From assembly GCA_021732605.1 (NCBI GenBank), contig JAKFUS010000021.1, positions 10,186-74,185 on the forward strand: a DNA stretch of 64,000 nt, given 5' to 3'. Position 1 is the first letter of the stretch, and each line of letters begins with the position of its first letter. The DNA comes from Betaproteobacteria bacterium. GTDB lineage: Bacteria > Pseudomonadota > Gammaproteobacteria > Burkholderiales > SG8-41. The notes below the pieces were generated by a model, which saw only the letters and a program-made list of their open reading frames with translations, made no database searches and had not been told where the DNA came from. A program made the position numbers and the translations under genes. This document shows, piece by piece, positions 48,519 through 57,779 of this stretch.

Positions 48519-49342
48519 CGCGCAATCCCCAGCGGCAGGCAGACATTGCGCGTGCCGCCCTGCGTCAGTGCCACTGCTGTAACCGCGATCTCCACACCAT
48601 AGAGCTGGCGCAGATTGACGGCAGTCATCACTTCGGTGGGCGTGCCACAGGCCATCAACCGTCCCTCATGCAGCATCGCCGCCCGATCCGCACACAGAAA
48701 AGCGTGATCCGGATCGTGCGTGGACAGCAGCACGCCGATACCCTCTCCGGCCAGCGTACGAATGCGCTCCAGTACGCGCACCTGGTTGCCGAAATCAAGA
48801 TTTGCCGTCGGCTCATCCATGATCACCACGCGTGCTTCCTGCGCCAGCGCGCGCGCGATCAGCGCGAGCTGGCATTCGCCGCCGGAGACCTGTGTGTAAA
48901 TCGTATCCGCCAGGTGTGCGATGCCCATGCGTTCGATGGCCGCCATCGCCGCGGCATGGTCCCGCGCGGAGGGTGCTGCGAACAGGCCGAGGTGCGCGGT
49001 GCGTCCCATCAGCACCAGTTCGCGCACCGTGTACGGAAAAAATGCGCCATGCGCCTGCGGCACATAACTGATCTGCCGTGCAATCGCATCACGCGGCAGC
49101 GTGCGCGCATCACGGCCATCGATCAATACCGTGCCATCCTGTGGCGGCAACAGTCCGAGCAGGGTCTTGAACAATGTCGTCTTGCCGCTGCCATTGGGGC
49201 CGAGCAGGCACAACACCTCTCCAGGCGCCAGTTCCAGCGTAACGCCGCTGCCGACACGGCGGTCGCGGTAACCGAATCCGAGATTTGTTGCCGCCAGGCT
49301 CATTGCCAGTCCCTCATTGCCAGCTCCTTCTTGCGGTCGCAA
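48515..49342 (-). CDS. Type-II (BtuD/FepC/MolC-like) ABC importer ATP-binding protein
   Basis: 275 aa with Walker A GPNGSGKTT, signature VSGGECQ and Walker B VIMDEP. Its stop overlaps the modA start (ATGA). Confidence 0.85.
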   Translation of the reverse strand: MRPQEGAGNEGLAMSLAATNLGFGYRDRRVGSGVTLELAPGEVLCLLGPNGSGKTTLFKTLLGLLPPQDGTVLIDGRDARTLPRDAIARQISYVPQAHGAFFPYTVRELVLMGRTAHLGLFAAPSARDHAAAMAAIERMGIAHLADTIYTQVSGGECQLALIARALAQEARVVIMDEPTANLDFGNQVRVLERIRTLAGEGIGVLLSTHDPDHAFLCADRAAMLHEGRLMACGTPTEVMTAVNLRQLYGVEIAVTAVALTQGGTRNVCLPLGIAR

Positions 49343-50348
49343 GCTGCCACAGGAACAGCGGTGTGCCGATGAACGCCGTCAGCACGCCCAGCGGCACTTC
49401 GATGTTGGCAATGCTGCGGGCCAGCGTATCGACGGCAACCAGGAAACCCGCACCGAGCAGCACCGATACCGGCAACAGGCGCGAAAAATCCGGCCCGGTG
49501 AGCAGGCGTGCGAAATGCGGAATCACCAGGCCGATCCAGCCGATAACGCCGGAAATCGCCACTGCCGCCGAGGTCATCAGGGTTGCGCCGACGATCACCG
49601 CCACACGAATGCGCACCGTAGCCACGCCCAGCGCGCGCGCCTCCTCGTCATCCAGTGACAGCACGTTGATGCGCCAGCGCAGCAGCCACAGCGGCAGCAG
49701 GCCGGCGAGCATCAGCGGCCCGGCGATCCACAGGTCACGCGGATCGACTGACGCCAGGCTGCCAAGCAGCCAGAAGGTGATCGCCGGGAGCTGGTTGTAG
49801 GGATCGGCGAGATATTTCATCAGCGCAACAAAGGCGCCTAGCAGCGAGCCCAGCACCACGCCGGCGAGCACCAGCACCAGCAGCGGATCGTGGCCGCGCA
49901 CAGCCCGTGCAACCACATAAACCAGGGCGACTGCAGCCAGCCCGCCAGCCAAGGCCATGGACTGGATGGCGACTATGCCCAGTGACAGAAAAATACCCAG
50001 CACCGCCCCCACTGCGGCGCCGGCCGACACGCCGAGGATATCCGGTGACACCAGCGGATTGCGAAACAGATTCTGATACGCAGCACCAGCCGCGGCCAGC
50101 GAAGCACCGACCAGCAGCGCGGCGATCACCCGCGGCCCGCGGATCTGCAGCACCACGGTTTCGATGGTCGGATCGAGGCCGTGCGCTGCGCCACCCAGCC
50201 ACGCCCAGATCACGCGCAACAAATCGCCGACAGCGATCGGGTAACGACCGACCGAAAACGCGATGGCGACAATAATGATCAGGGCCAGTATTGCCGCAAC
50301 AATAATCAGACCGGGCGCGCGCCCCCCCGGTATTCCCGATGAATTCAA
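49314..50348 (-). CDS. FecCD/BtuC-family (MolB-like) ABC importer permease
   Basis: 344 aa with about 10 TM helices and the typical FecCD pattern (LQIRGPRVIAALLVGASLAAAGAAYQ..NPL..P..LG). Confidence 0.85.
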   Translation of the reverse strand: MNSSGIPGGRAPGLIIVAAILALIIIVAIAFSVGRYPIAVGDLLRVIWAWLGGAAHGLDPTIETVVLQIRGPRVIAALLVGASLAAAGAAYQNLFRNPLVSPDILGVSAGAAVGAVLGIFLSLGIVAIQSMALAGGLAAVALVYVVARAVRGHDPLLVLVLAGVVLGSLLGAFVALMKYLADPYNQLPAITFWLLGSLASVDPRDLWIAGPLMLAGLLPLWLLRWRINVLSLDDEEARALGVATVRIRVAVIVGATLMTSAAVAISGVIGWIGLVIPHFARLLTGPDFSRLLPVSVLLGAGFLVAVDTLARSIANIEVPLGVLTAFIGTPLFLWQLATARRSWQ

Positions 50349-50394
50349 GTCAGCGATTCCTTAAACCAGAACCGCCGCAGCATACCGCACCCGA

Positions 50395-51219
50395 CTAACG
50401 GCCAGCGTTCGGGAAAAACAGCTGATCGGCACCAATCTTGTAGTCCGCGATGACCTTCTGGCCTTCTGCGGAAATCACCCAGTCGACAAAAGCCTGGCCC
50501 AGGTCTTTTTTGACATGCGGATGTTTCGCCGGATTGACCAGCATCACGCCGTACTGGTTGAACAACTGTTCGTCACCTTCAACCACGATCACCAGATCAC
50601 CGCGGTTCCTGAACGACAGCCAGGTGCCGCGATCGGTAAATGAGTAGGCATTCATCGCGGAGGCCGTGTTCAGCGTCGGCCCCATGCCGGAACCGGTTTC
50701 GCGATACCAGCTGCCTTTGCCCGTCTGCGGATCAATGCCGGCGGATTTCCACAAGCGCAGTTCAGCAGCGTGGGTGCCGCTTTTGTCGCCGCGCGAAGCA
50801 AACGGCGCAGCCGCAGCCGCGATTTTCCTGTACGCGTCGGTGATGTTCTTGCCGCCGGCGATTTTGGCCGGATCGGCCTTCGGCCCGACCAGCACGAAAT
50901 CGTTGTACATCACCTCAAAGCGCTGCACGCCAAAACCATCGGCCACAAATTTCTGTTCCGCCACCTTGTCATGCACGAACACCACATCCGCATCGCCGCG
51001 ACGGCCCATGTCCAGCGCCTGCCCCGTGCCCAGCGCCACCACGCGCACCTGGGTGCCGGTTTTTTTCTCGAATACCGGCAGCAGATGTTTGAACAGGCCT
51101 GACTGCTCCGTTGATGTGGTGGAGGCTACGGTAATGAATTGCTGTGCCGCAGCCATCGGCGCCTGCAGCAAACCCGACAGCGCCAAAACCAGCAATGCCC
51201 TGCGCATCATTATTGCCAT
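50395..51219 (-). CDS. tupA: Tungstate/oxyanion ABC transporter substrate-binding protein (TupA-like)
   Basis: 274 aa with a signal peptide and a TTSTEQSGL anion-binding-type motif near the N-terminus of the mature protein. Confidence 0.75.
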   Translation of the reverse strand: MAIMMRRALLVLALSGLLQAPMAAAQQFITVASTTSTEQSGLFKHLLPVFEKKTGTQVRVVALGTGQALDMGRRGDADVVFVHDKVAEQKFVADGFGVQRFEVMYNDFVLVGPKADPAKIAGGKNITDAYRKIAAAAAPFASRGDKSGTHAAELRLWKSAGIDPQTGKGSWYRETGSGMGPTLNTASAMNAYSFTDRGTWLSFRNRGDLVIVVEGDEQLFNQYGVMLVNPAKHPHVKKDLGQAFVDWVISAEGQKVIADYKIGADQLFFPNAGR

Positions 51220-51920
51220 GGTATTTCTCCTTTGATAAAAGACGCCGCTTCAGTCGAAACGGGTTGTTTGAAAAACCGGTCTATGGGTGTGTGCTCCATC
51301 AACCGGCCGTTGCTGATAAAAAGGATTTCGTCGCCCAGCCGTCGCGCCTGGCCGAGGTTGTGCGTGGTCATGATGATTTTGGTGCCGGAGGCATGGATCG
51401 CATTGATGATGTTCTCGATATCCTGGGTCGATGCCGGATCGAGGTTGGCCGTCGGCTCGTCGAGGAACAACACATCGGGCCCCAGCGCCCAGGCCCGCGC
51501 CAGCGCCAAGCGTTGCTGCTCGCCGCCCGACAGCACCCGTGCCGCCCGCTCTGCATGTTGCGCAAGGCCGACCACTTCCAGTACATCCATCGCGCGCAAT
51601 TCGGACTGGCTGCGCGATTTTCCCGCCAGCTTCAGGCCGTACATCACATTGGCCAGCGCCGAGCGCCGCAACATCACCGGGCGCTGGAACACCATCGCCT
51701 GGTGTTTTCGCTCGTCGCCGTTTTTGGCGCCCTGCCAGACGATACGGCCGCTGCTGGGTTTCAGCAGCCCATGGCACAGGCGCATCAGCACGCTTTTGCC
51801 GGCACCGTTGGGGCCGAGGATCACGGTCCGCGGGCCGGCTTCGATGCGCGCCGAAATGCCACGAATGATCGCGGCATTGCCGACGGTAAAGGACAGTTCA
51901 TGCAGTTCCAGTGGCAGCAT
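51210..51920 (-). CDS. tupC: ABC transporter ATP-binding protein (TupC-like)
   Basis: 236 aa with Walker A GPNGAGKS, signature LSGGEQQR and Walker B LFLDEP. Confidence 0.7.
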   Translation of the reverse strand: MLPLELHELSFTVGNAAIIRGISARIEAGPRTVILGPNGAGKSVLMRLCHGLLKPSSGRIVWQGAKNGDERKHQAMVFQRPVMLRRSALANVMYGLKLAGKSRSQSELRAMDVLEVVGLAQHAERAARVLSGGEQQRLALARAWALGPDVLFLDEPTANLDPASTQDIENIINAIHASGTKIIMTTHNLGQARRLGDEILFISNGRLMEHTPIDRFFKQPVSTEAASFIKGEIPWQ

Positions 51921-51923
51921 GGC

Positions 51924-52628
51924 TCAGCCGTAGCGCCGCAGCGCCATCTCCCGGATCACTGCGGCGAGTGCATTGAGCACGATCACCAGCGTGATCAGCA
52001 CAATACCCAGGCCCAGCGCCAGCGGCAGATCGCCCTTGCTGGTTTCCAGCGCAATGGTGGTGGTCATCACCCGCGTCACGCCGGCGATGTTGCCGCCAAC
52101 GATCATCACTGCGCCGACTTCCGCCGCAGCGCGGCCGAAACCGGCCAGCACGATGGTCAGCAGTGAAAACCGCGTATCCCAGATCAGCGTCATCGCCGCA
52201 TTGAGTCGCTGTGCACCCAGCGAACGCAGCTGTTCATCGTATTCGCGCCAGGCATCTTCGATGATCTGGCGCGACAGCGCGGCGATGATCGGCGTGATCA
52301 GCACAGTCTGCGCGATGACCATGGCGGTCGGCGTAAACAGGATGCCGAGGCTGCCCAAGGGCCCTGCGCGCGACAGCAGCAGGTACACCACCAATCCCAC
52401 CACCACCGGCGGCAGGCCCATCAAGGCGTTGAGCAACACGATCAGGGTCTGGCGGCCGCGGAAACGTTCGACGGCAATCATCGCGCCGATCGGCAGACCA
52501 ATCAGGGTCGCGATCACCACGGCAGTCAGGCTGACCTGCAGGCTGAGTCCGACCACCTGCGCCAGTTCGTCATCAAAGCCGGCGATCAAGCGCCACGCCG
52601 CACCAAATGCTTCAACCAAACTGTTCAT
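51924..52628 (-). CDS. tupB: ABC transporter permease (TupB-like)
   Basis: 234 aa with 5-6 TM helices and an EAA-type loop (EQLRSLGAQRLNAAMTLI). Confidence 0.7.
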   Translation of the reverse strand: MNSLVEAFGAAWRLIAGFDDELAQVVGLSLQVSLTAVVIATLIGLPIGAMIAVERFRGRQTLIVLLNALMGLPPVVVGLVVYLLLSRAGPLGSLGILFTPTAMVIAQTVLITPIIAALSRQIIEDAWREYDEQLRSLGAQRLNAAMTLIWDTRFSLLTIVLAGFGRAAAEVGAVMIVGGNIAGVTRVMTTTIALETSKGDLPLALGLGIVLITLVIVLNALAAVIREMALRRYG

Positions 52629-52651
52629 GTAATTATTAGCAATACTTGAAA

Positions 52652-52678
52652 GATATTGATTTTATTGATATAAAAATC
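52652..52678 (+). repeat. Variant of the AT-rich recurrent element (copy F) in the tupB / modE-like divergent promoter region
   Basis: gatattgattttattgatataaaaatc resembles copy E (gtatttgattttattaataatt) and contains a direct ATTGAT..ATTGAT repeat. Confidence 0.5.
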
Positions 52679-52707
52679 AACCACAATATGCAATATAGAA
52701 CATAACC

Positions 52708-53766
52708 ATGAAGATTTCCGGGGAAGTGCGCTGGACCATCGAAGGCCTGACCATGGAGCCCCGGCTGGTCATGTTGCTGGAATCGATTGCCCGCACCGGC
52801 AACCTGCAGGCCGCGGCAAAAACCACCGGGCTTTCGTATCGCCATGCCTGGGGGCTGCTGGAGGCTGCCGCCAATGAATTGGGCGAACCTTTGGTATTAA
52901 CCCAACAGGGTAAAGGCACAAAGCTCTCACCACTGGCCGAACGCCTGCTGGCCGGGCTGGTCGATGCCAGCGGCCCGCTGGCCGCGGGCATCCGCGAGGC
53001 CGAGGCGCGGCTGCTGGCTGCATTGGAAACAACGCATTCCACGGCCCCGGCAAAAACGGTCGTGGTGCATGCCAGCCACGACCTTGCCCTCGCACGACTG
53101 CGCGATTTACTGCAAAACGACAAGGATTCCACGCTGGAACTGCATTTTCAGGGCAGCCTCGACTGCCTCGCCGCGCTGCGCCGCAAACAATGCGACATCG
53201 CCGGATTCCACCTGCCGGTGATGCCGGGAGCCAGCGCGCTGGTGGCGCAATTGAGGCCCTGGCTGCGTATGAAGTCACTGATGATTACCAATCTGTTTGA
53301 TCGCACCCAGGGGCTGATGGTCGCGCCCGGCAATCCGAAAAAACTGGTGACCATTGCCGACCTCGCGCGCAAAGGCGTGCGCTTCGTCAACCGGCAGCCG
53401 GGCTCCGGCACACGCCTGTGTTTTGATTTTCTGCTGGCAGACCGCGGGTTACGGCCCGGCGCCATCCACGGCTACGCGCATGAAGAATTCACTCATGCCG
53501 CTGTCGCAGCTACGGTGGCCAGCGGAATGGCCGATGCCGGCTTCGGTATCGAGGCCGCGGCACGCGAACAAGACCTCGCCTTCGTACCGCTGGTCAAGGA
53601 ACACTACTATCTGGCCGCCCGCTCGAGCACATTGCGCCAACCCCGGTTACGTGCCCTGCTCGCCCAGCTTGAACAACCGGCGTTCCGCAAAATGGTCTCC
53701 AACCTGGCCGGCTACAAAGCCGGCGGCGCGCTGGAATGGGTGCCCGCCACGGAATTGCTCGAATAG
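52708..53766 (+). CDS. ModE N-terminal HTH domain fused to a periplasmic-binding-protein-like (oxyanion-binding) domain; putative Mo/W-responsive regulator
   Basis: 352 aa. The N-terminus LLESIARTGNLQAAAKTTGLSYRHAWGLL is ModE-like. The C-terminal ~250 aa is PBP-like rather than a Mop/TOBE tandem. Confidence 0.7.
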   Translation: MKISGEVRWTIEGLTMEPRLVMLLESIARTGNLQAAAKTTGLSYRHAWGLLEAAANELGEPLVLTQQGKGTKLSPLAERLLAGLVDASGPLAAGIREAEARLLAALETTHSTAPAKTVVVHASHDLALARLRDLLQNDKDSTLELHFQGSLDCLAALRRKQCDIAGFHLPVMPGASALVAQLRPWLRMKSLMITNLFDRTQGLMVAPGNPKKLVTIADLARKGVRFVNRQPGSGTRLCFDFLLADRGLRPGAIHGYAHEEFTHAAVAATVASGMADAGFGIEAAAREQDLAFVPLVKEHYYLAARSSTLRQPRLRALLAQLEQPAFRKMVSNLAGYKAGGALEWVPATELLE

Positions 53767-53832
53767 GTCTGCAAGCTGCCTGATAAAATCCAAACTTCCA
53801 TTACATCCATTACCACCATCGAGGACCCGTCG

Positions 53833-55122
53833 ATGAATACTCCGAATCCGACCCTGAATGCAACATCGTTACGCGACATTTCCTGCGCCGACGATTACGA
53901 TCCCAATTCGATGCCAGTCCCCAAGGCGCGGGAAGTAATTGCGCGCTTCCTGTCACCGATCACCACGATTGAACGCGTATCCGTACGCGCAGCTTTGGGG
54001 CGTGTGCTGGCGGAAGACGTCATCTCTCCGGTCGATGTGCCCTCCCATGACAATTCAGCAATGGACGGTTATGCCGTACGGTTTGCCGACCTGAAGGCCG
54101 ACGGCCAGGTCACACTGAAAATGACCGGCAGCTCCTTCGCCGGCGTACCGTTCAAAGGCGCCGTCGCTGCAGGCGAGGCCGTGCGCATCATGACCGGCGG
54201 CGTCGTGCCCTCGGGTGCAGACACCATCGTCATGCAGGAACATGCCGAAGCCAAAGACGGGCAGATCAGCATCGGCAGCGGTCACAAGAAAAACCAGCAC
54301 CTGCGCCGCGCCGGTGAAGACCTGCAGCGCGGCCAGCCGGCATTGCGTCGCGGCCAGCCGCTGCGCCCCGCCGAAACCGGACTGATCGCTTCACTCGGCA
54401 TTGCCGAGGTTTCTGTGCATCGCAAATTACGCGTGGCATTTTTCTCCACCGGCGATGAACTGGTATCCATCGGCTCACCACTGGGCGAGGGCCAGATTTA
54501 CGACAGCAATCGTTACACGTTGCACGCCATGCTGACGCGTCTGGGTTGCGAAGTCATCGACATGGGTGTGGTGCGCGATGACCCAAAACTGCTCGAGTCC
54601 GCATTCCGCGAAGCCGCTGCAGTGGCCGATGTCGTCATCACCAGCGGCGGCGTATCCGTCGGAGAAGCCGATTTTGTCAAAGACCTGCTCAATCAAATGG
54701 GCGAAGTCGTGTTCTGGAAAATCGCGATGAAACCCGGTCGTCCTCTCGCCTACGGCAAAATCGGCAAGGCGCATTTCTTCGGCCTGCCCGGCAATCCGGT
54801 ATCGGTAATGGTGACCTTCTACCAGTTCGTGCGTGATGCGCTGCTGAAACTCTCGGGCCGCGATCCGATTGAAGCACTGCCCACCTTCAAGGTGCCCTGC
54901 ACCTCGGTGCTGAAAAAAGCACCCGGCCGCACCGAGTTCCAGCGCGGCATCCTGTCGCGCGACAGCGCCGGCAACCTCAGCGTGCGCGTCACCGGTGAGC
55001 AAGGTTCAGGCATCCTGCGTTCGATGTCGGAAGCCAACTGCTTCATCATCCTCGGCATCGACCAGGGCAACGTCACCTCGGGCACACTGGTTGAAGTGCA
55101 GGTGATGGAAGGCGTGATTTGA
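53833..55122 (+). CDS. moeA: Molybdopterin molybdotransferase
   Basis: 429 aa with MoeA motifs (SAMDGYAV, RRAGED, IITSGGVSVGEADF, MKPGRP). Confidence 0.92.
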   Translation: MNTPNPTLNATSLRDISCADDYDPNSMPVPKAREVIARFLSPITTIERVSVRAALGRVLAEDVISPVDVPSHDNSAMDGYAVRFADLKADGQVTLKMTGSSFAGVPFKGAVAAGEAVRIMTGGVVPSGADTIVMQEHAEAKDGQISIGSGHKKNQHLRRAGEDLQRGQPALRRGQPLRPAETGLIASLGIAEVSVHRKLRVAFFSTGDELVSIGSPLGEGQIYDSNRYTLHAMLTRLGCEVIDMGVVRDDPKLLESAFREAAAVADVVITSGGVSVGEADFVKDLLNQMGEVVFWKIAMKPGRPLAYGKIGKAHFFGLPGNPVSVMVTFYQFVRDALLKLSGRDPIEALPTFKVPCTSVLKKAPGRTEFQRGILSRDSAGNLSVRVTGEQGSGILRSMSEANCFIILGIDQGNVTSGTLVEVQVMEGVI

Positions 55123-55126
55123 ACCA

Positions 55127-55197
55127 GTGATGGGTGATGGGGGAAGACCGGGACTGCCACGACCCACTCATTACTCATTACCCATTACTCATCACCT
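55127..55197 (+). repeat. Heptamer-repeat inverted structure / large RNA hairpin just after the moeA stop
   Basis: Left arm (GTGATGG)x2+GGG at 55127-55143. Right arm: five heptamers CCCACTC ATTACTC ATTACCC ATTACTC ATCACCT at 55163-55197. Positions 55127-55141 pair with 55181-55195 over 15 bp (13 Watson-Crick plus 2 G-U). Confidence 0.55.
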
Positions 55198-55231
55198 CTA
55201 ATTAATGAGCAGCACTAAATAAAACCACCGC

Positions 55232-56233
55232 ATGAACAACACCAACAAACCGGTCCGCTGGGCCATCGTCGGCCTCGGCTGGGTCGCCACGGATTTTGTC
55301 GCGCCGGGCATCATCAAAAGCCCCGGCTCGGAACTCGTCGCCTGCCTCGGCAGCACGCCGGAAAAAAGCCGCGCCTTTGCTGAAAAATTCAAGGTTGCGC
55401 GCCCCCATCCTGACCTCGAAAGCCTGGCGCGGGACCCTGATGTCGATGCCGTTTACATCGCTCTGCCCAATGCCATGCACCATGGCGCGGTGCTGACACT
55501 GGCGCGCGCCGGCAAGGACATCCTCTGCGAAAAACCGTTTGCGATGAAAACCCAGCACGCCCGGGAAATGGTTCAGGCCTGCCGCGATGCCGGGGTGGTG
55601 TTGCGCGTCGCGCACCAGATCCGTCTTGATGCCGCGGTCGTCCGTGTGCGTGAAATCGTGCGCTCCGGGCGGCTCGGCCGGCTGGCGGAAATTTCGCTGG
55701 AACGCGCCTCAGGCCTCAGTTCGCGCGCGTCCTGGCGCAACGATTTCGAACAAAGCGGTGTGATGTACGACGTCGGCGTGCACCTGCTCGACCTGATCCA
55801 GTACGTCAGCGGCCAGCGTTTTGTCGAAGTCGCGGCGTTCACCCATCCCGATCGTCGTGACAAAAAATCTGACGACACCATGACCGTGCTCGGCCGCCTC
55901 GACGGCGACTGCCACGCGCTGGCCAAAGCCACCCGCGAAGTCGCCAGTGCCGAAAACAACCTGCTGATCGAAGGCGACAAGGCCACGCTGGTCACCTCGG
56001 CGCTGCGTTTCGCCAAGGAGCATGTGATCACCATCCGTGACGCCCAAGGCAGCACCGAGGAACGTTTCCCGGTCAGCCCGGCCTATGACCTGCAGGTGCA
56101 GGCCTTCGAGACCGATGTGCGCGGCGGACGCAGCCTTCTGCCGGATGGCGAAGACAGCCTCTATACCGTGGCCGTCACCAATGCAGTCCTGCAATCGATC
56201 GATGAGCGGCGCATCGTGACTGTCACCGCCTGA
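55232..56233 (+). CDS. Gfo/Idh/MocA family oxidoreductase
   Basis: 333 aa with WAIVGLGWVA Rossmann and CEKPFA motifs. Confidence 0.8.
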   Translation: MNNTNKPVRWAIVGLGWVATDFVAPGIIKSPGSELVACLGSTPEKSRAFAEKFKVARPHPDLESLARDPDVDAVYIALPNAMHHGAVLTLARAGKDILCEKPFAMKTQHAREMVQACRDAGVVLRVAHQIRLDAAVVRVREIVRSGRLGRLAEISLERASGLSSRASWRNDFEQSGVMYDVGVHLLDLIQYVSGQRFVEVAAFTHPDRRDKKSDDTMTVLGRLDGDCHALAKATREVASAENNLLIEGDKATLVTSALRFAKEHVITIRDAQGSTEERFPVSPAYDLQVQAFETDVRGGRSLLPDGEDSLYTVAVTNAVLQSIDERRIVTVTA

Positions 56234-56272
56234 CTTGCCCGGCGGCATCAGCCGCAGCACAATGCCTGACGT

Positions 56273-56294
56273 GCAATACCAATAACAAACATCC
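56273..56294 (-). repeat. Possible degenerate (GC-ameliorated) copy of the AT-rich element in a Gfo-Bug spacer
   Basis: gcaataccaataacaaacatcc compared with copy A aaatatcaataaaaacaaatactt: same orientation and same position between a Gfo gene and a Bug gene. Confidence 0.3.
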
Positions 56295-56314
56295 CGCACA
56301 CCGGAGGAGTTCGA

Positions 56315-57301
56315 ATGGAACGCAAAAAAATCGGCTTGAATGCCATCGTCGTTGCAATCATGGCCTGCCTGACCGCCCTTCCGGCCTGGGGCCAGAGCGG
56401 CCCGTATCCGAACAAAATCATCCGCATCATCAATCCGCTGGCGGCAGGCGGTAACGTGGACATCGTGGCGCGCGGCATCGCCGAGCAATTAAGCAAATCG
56501 CTGGGGCAGCAGGTGCTGGTGGAAAACCGTCCCGGCGCCAGCGCACTGATCGGTACACGCTACGTCAAGGGCCAGCCCGCCGACGGTTATACCCTGCTTG
56601 CCATCGCCAACACCTTCGCCCGGGTGCCGGCCATCGTCAGCGACCCCGGTTACGATCCGCTGAAGGACTTCACCGGGGTTTCGCAGACCTGCGATATTCC
56701 GATGGTATTGGTGATCAACCCCGCACTACCCGTGAAGAGCATCAAGGAATTCATCGCACTGGCGAAAAAACGCCCCGGTGAACTGACTTACGGATCCGCA
56801 GGCAACGGCGGCACGGGGCACGTCGCAGCCGAAATGTTCAGCCAGCAGGCCGGCATCAAAATGATGCACATCCCGTACAAGGGCAATGCGCCGGCAACCA
56901 CCGACCTGGTCGGCGGCCAGATCATGCTGATGTTCGACCAGGTCAGCACTTCAGTCGGTTACATCCAGGCCGGCCGATTGCGCGGACTGGCCGTGACCAG
57001 CAAAAAACGCTCGCCGCTGTTCCCGGACATGCCCACCATCGACGAAGCCGGTGTTCAGGGCTTTGAGGACAGCACATTCAACGGGCTCGTTGCGCCCGCA
57101 GGCACGCCGCGCGATGTGCTCGAAAAAATCCGCGGCGAAGTGGTCAAAGCCGTGGCCGTTCCCGCACTGAGGGAGCGCTTCGACAAGCTGGGAATACCGC
57201 TGATCGCAAGCAATACACTGGATGAATACAATACCTTCCTGCGCCGGCATGTCGAAGACTTCACGAAACTGGCAAAAACCGCCGGCATCAAAGCCAACTA
57301 A
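56315..57301 (+). CDS. Bug/TctC family substrate-binding protein
   Basis: 328 aa with a signal peptide followed by YPNKIIRIINPLAAGGNVD. Confidence 0.85.
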   Translation: MERKKIGLNAIVVAIMACLTALPAWGQSGPYPNKIIRIINPLAAGGNVDIVARGIAEQLSKSLGQQVLVENRPGASALIGTRYVKGQPADGYTLLAIANTFARVPAIVSDPGYDPLKDFTGVSQTCDIPMVLVINPALPVKSIKEFIALAKKRPGELTYGSAGNGGTGHVAAEMFSQQAGIKMMHIPYKGNAPATTDLVGGQIMLMFDQVSTSVGYIQAGRLRGLAVTSKKRSPLFPDMPTIDEAGVQGFEDSTFNGLVAPAGTPRDVLEKIRGEVVKAVAVPALRERFDKLGIPLIASNTLDEYNTFLRRHVEDFTKLAKTAGIKAN

Positions 57302-57320
57302 ACCAACGCAGGAAACCACC

Positions 57321-57779
57321 ATGCCTGTCAGCCATCTTGAACATTTCCTGATCCAGACCGCCGACCTTAAAGCCACACGCGACTGGTACGTCGATATGCT
57401 CGGTTTCCGTGAAGGCCCGCATCCCGATTTCAAATTCCCGGTAGTGTGGCTTTATCTGGGTGACAACGACGTCGTGCACCTGACAGAGGGGGGCAAAGAC
57501 GTGAGTGCCAACCGTAAGGCCTACCTCGGCCAGCACTCAGAGGCCACTCAAGGCAGCGGCGTCATCGACCACATGGCCTTTCGCTGCACCGGCCTGCGCG
57601 GCATGATGGAACATTTGCGTGATAAAAAAGTCGAATTCCGTCAGCGCATGGTCAGCGACCAGGGACTGTTTCAACTCTTTCTGTTCGACCCCAACGGCGT
57701 CAAGGTCGAACTGAATTTTTCCAATACCGAAGCACAGGGCATTGCCCCGGAGCTGATGGCCTCCGCCTTGCCGGCATGA
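57321..57779 (+). CDS. VOC (glyoxalase/bleomycin-resistance/extradiol dioxygenase) family protein
   Basis: ATG at 57321 (MPVSHLEHFLIQTADL..). Metal-ligand-type His/Glu positions are present (H..H..E). Confidence 0.75.
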   Translation: MPVSHLEHFLIQTADLKATRDWYVDMLGFREGPHPDFKFPVVWLYLGDNDVVHLTEGGKDVSANRKAYLGQHSEATQGSGVIDHMAFRCTGLRGMMEHLRDKKVEFRQRMVSDQGLFQLFLFDPNGVKVELNFSNTEAQGIAPELMASALPA

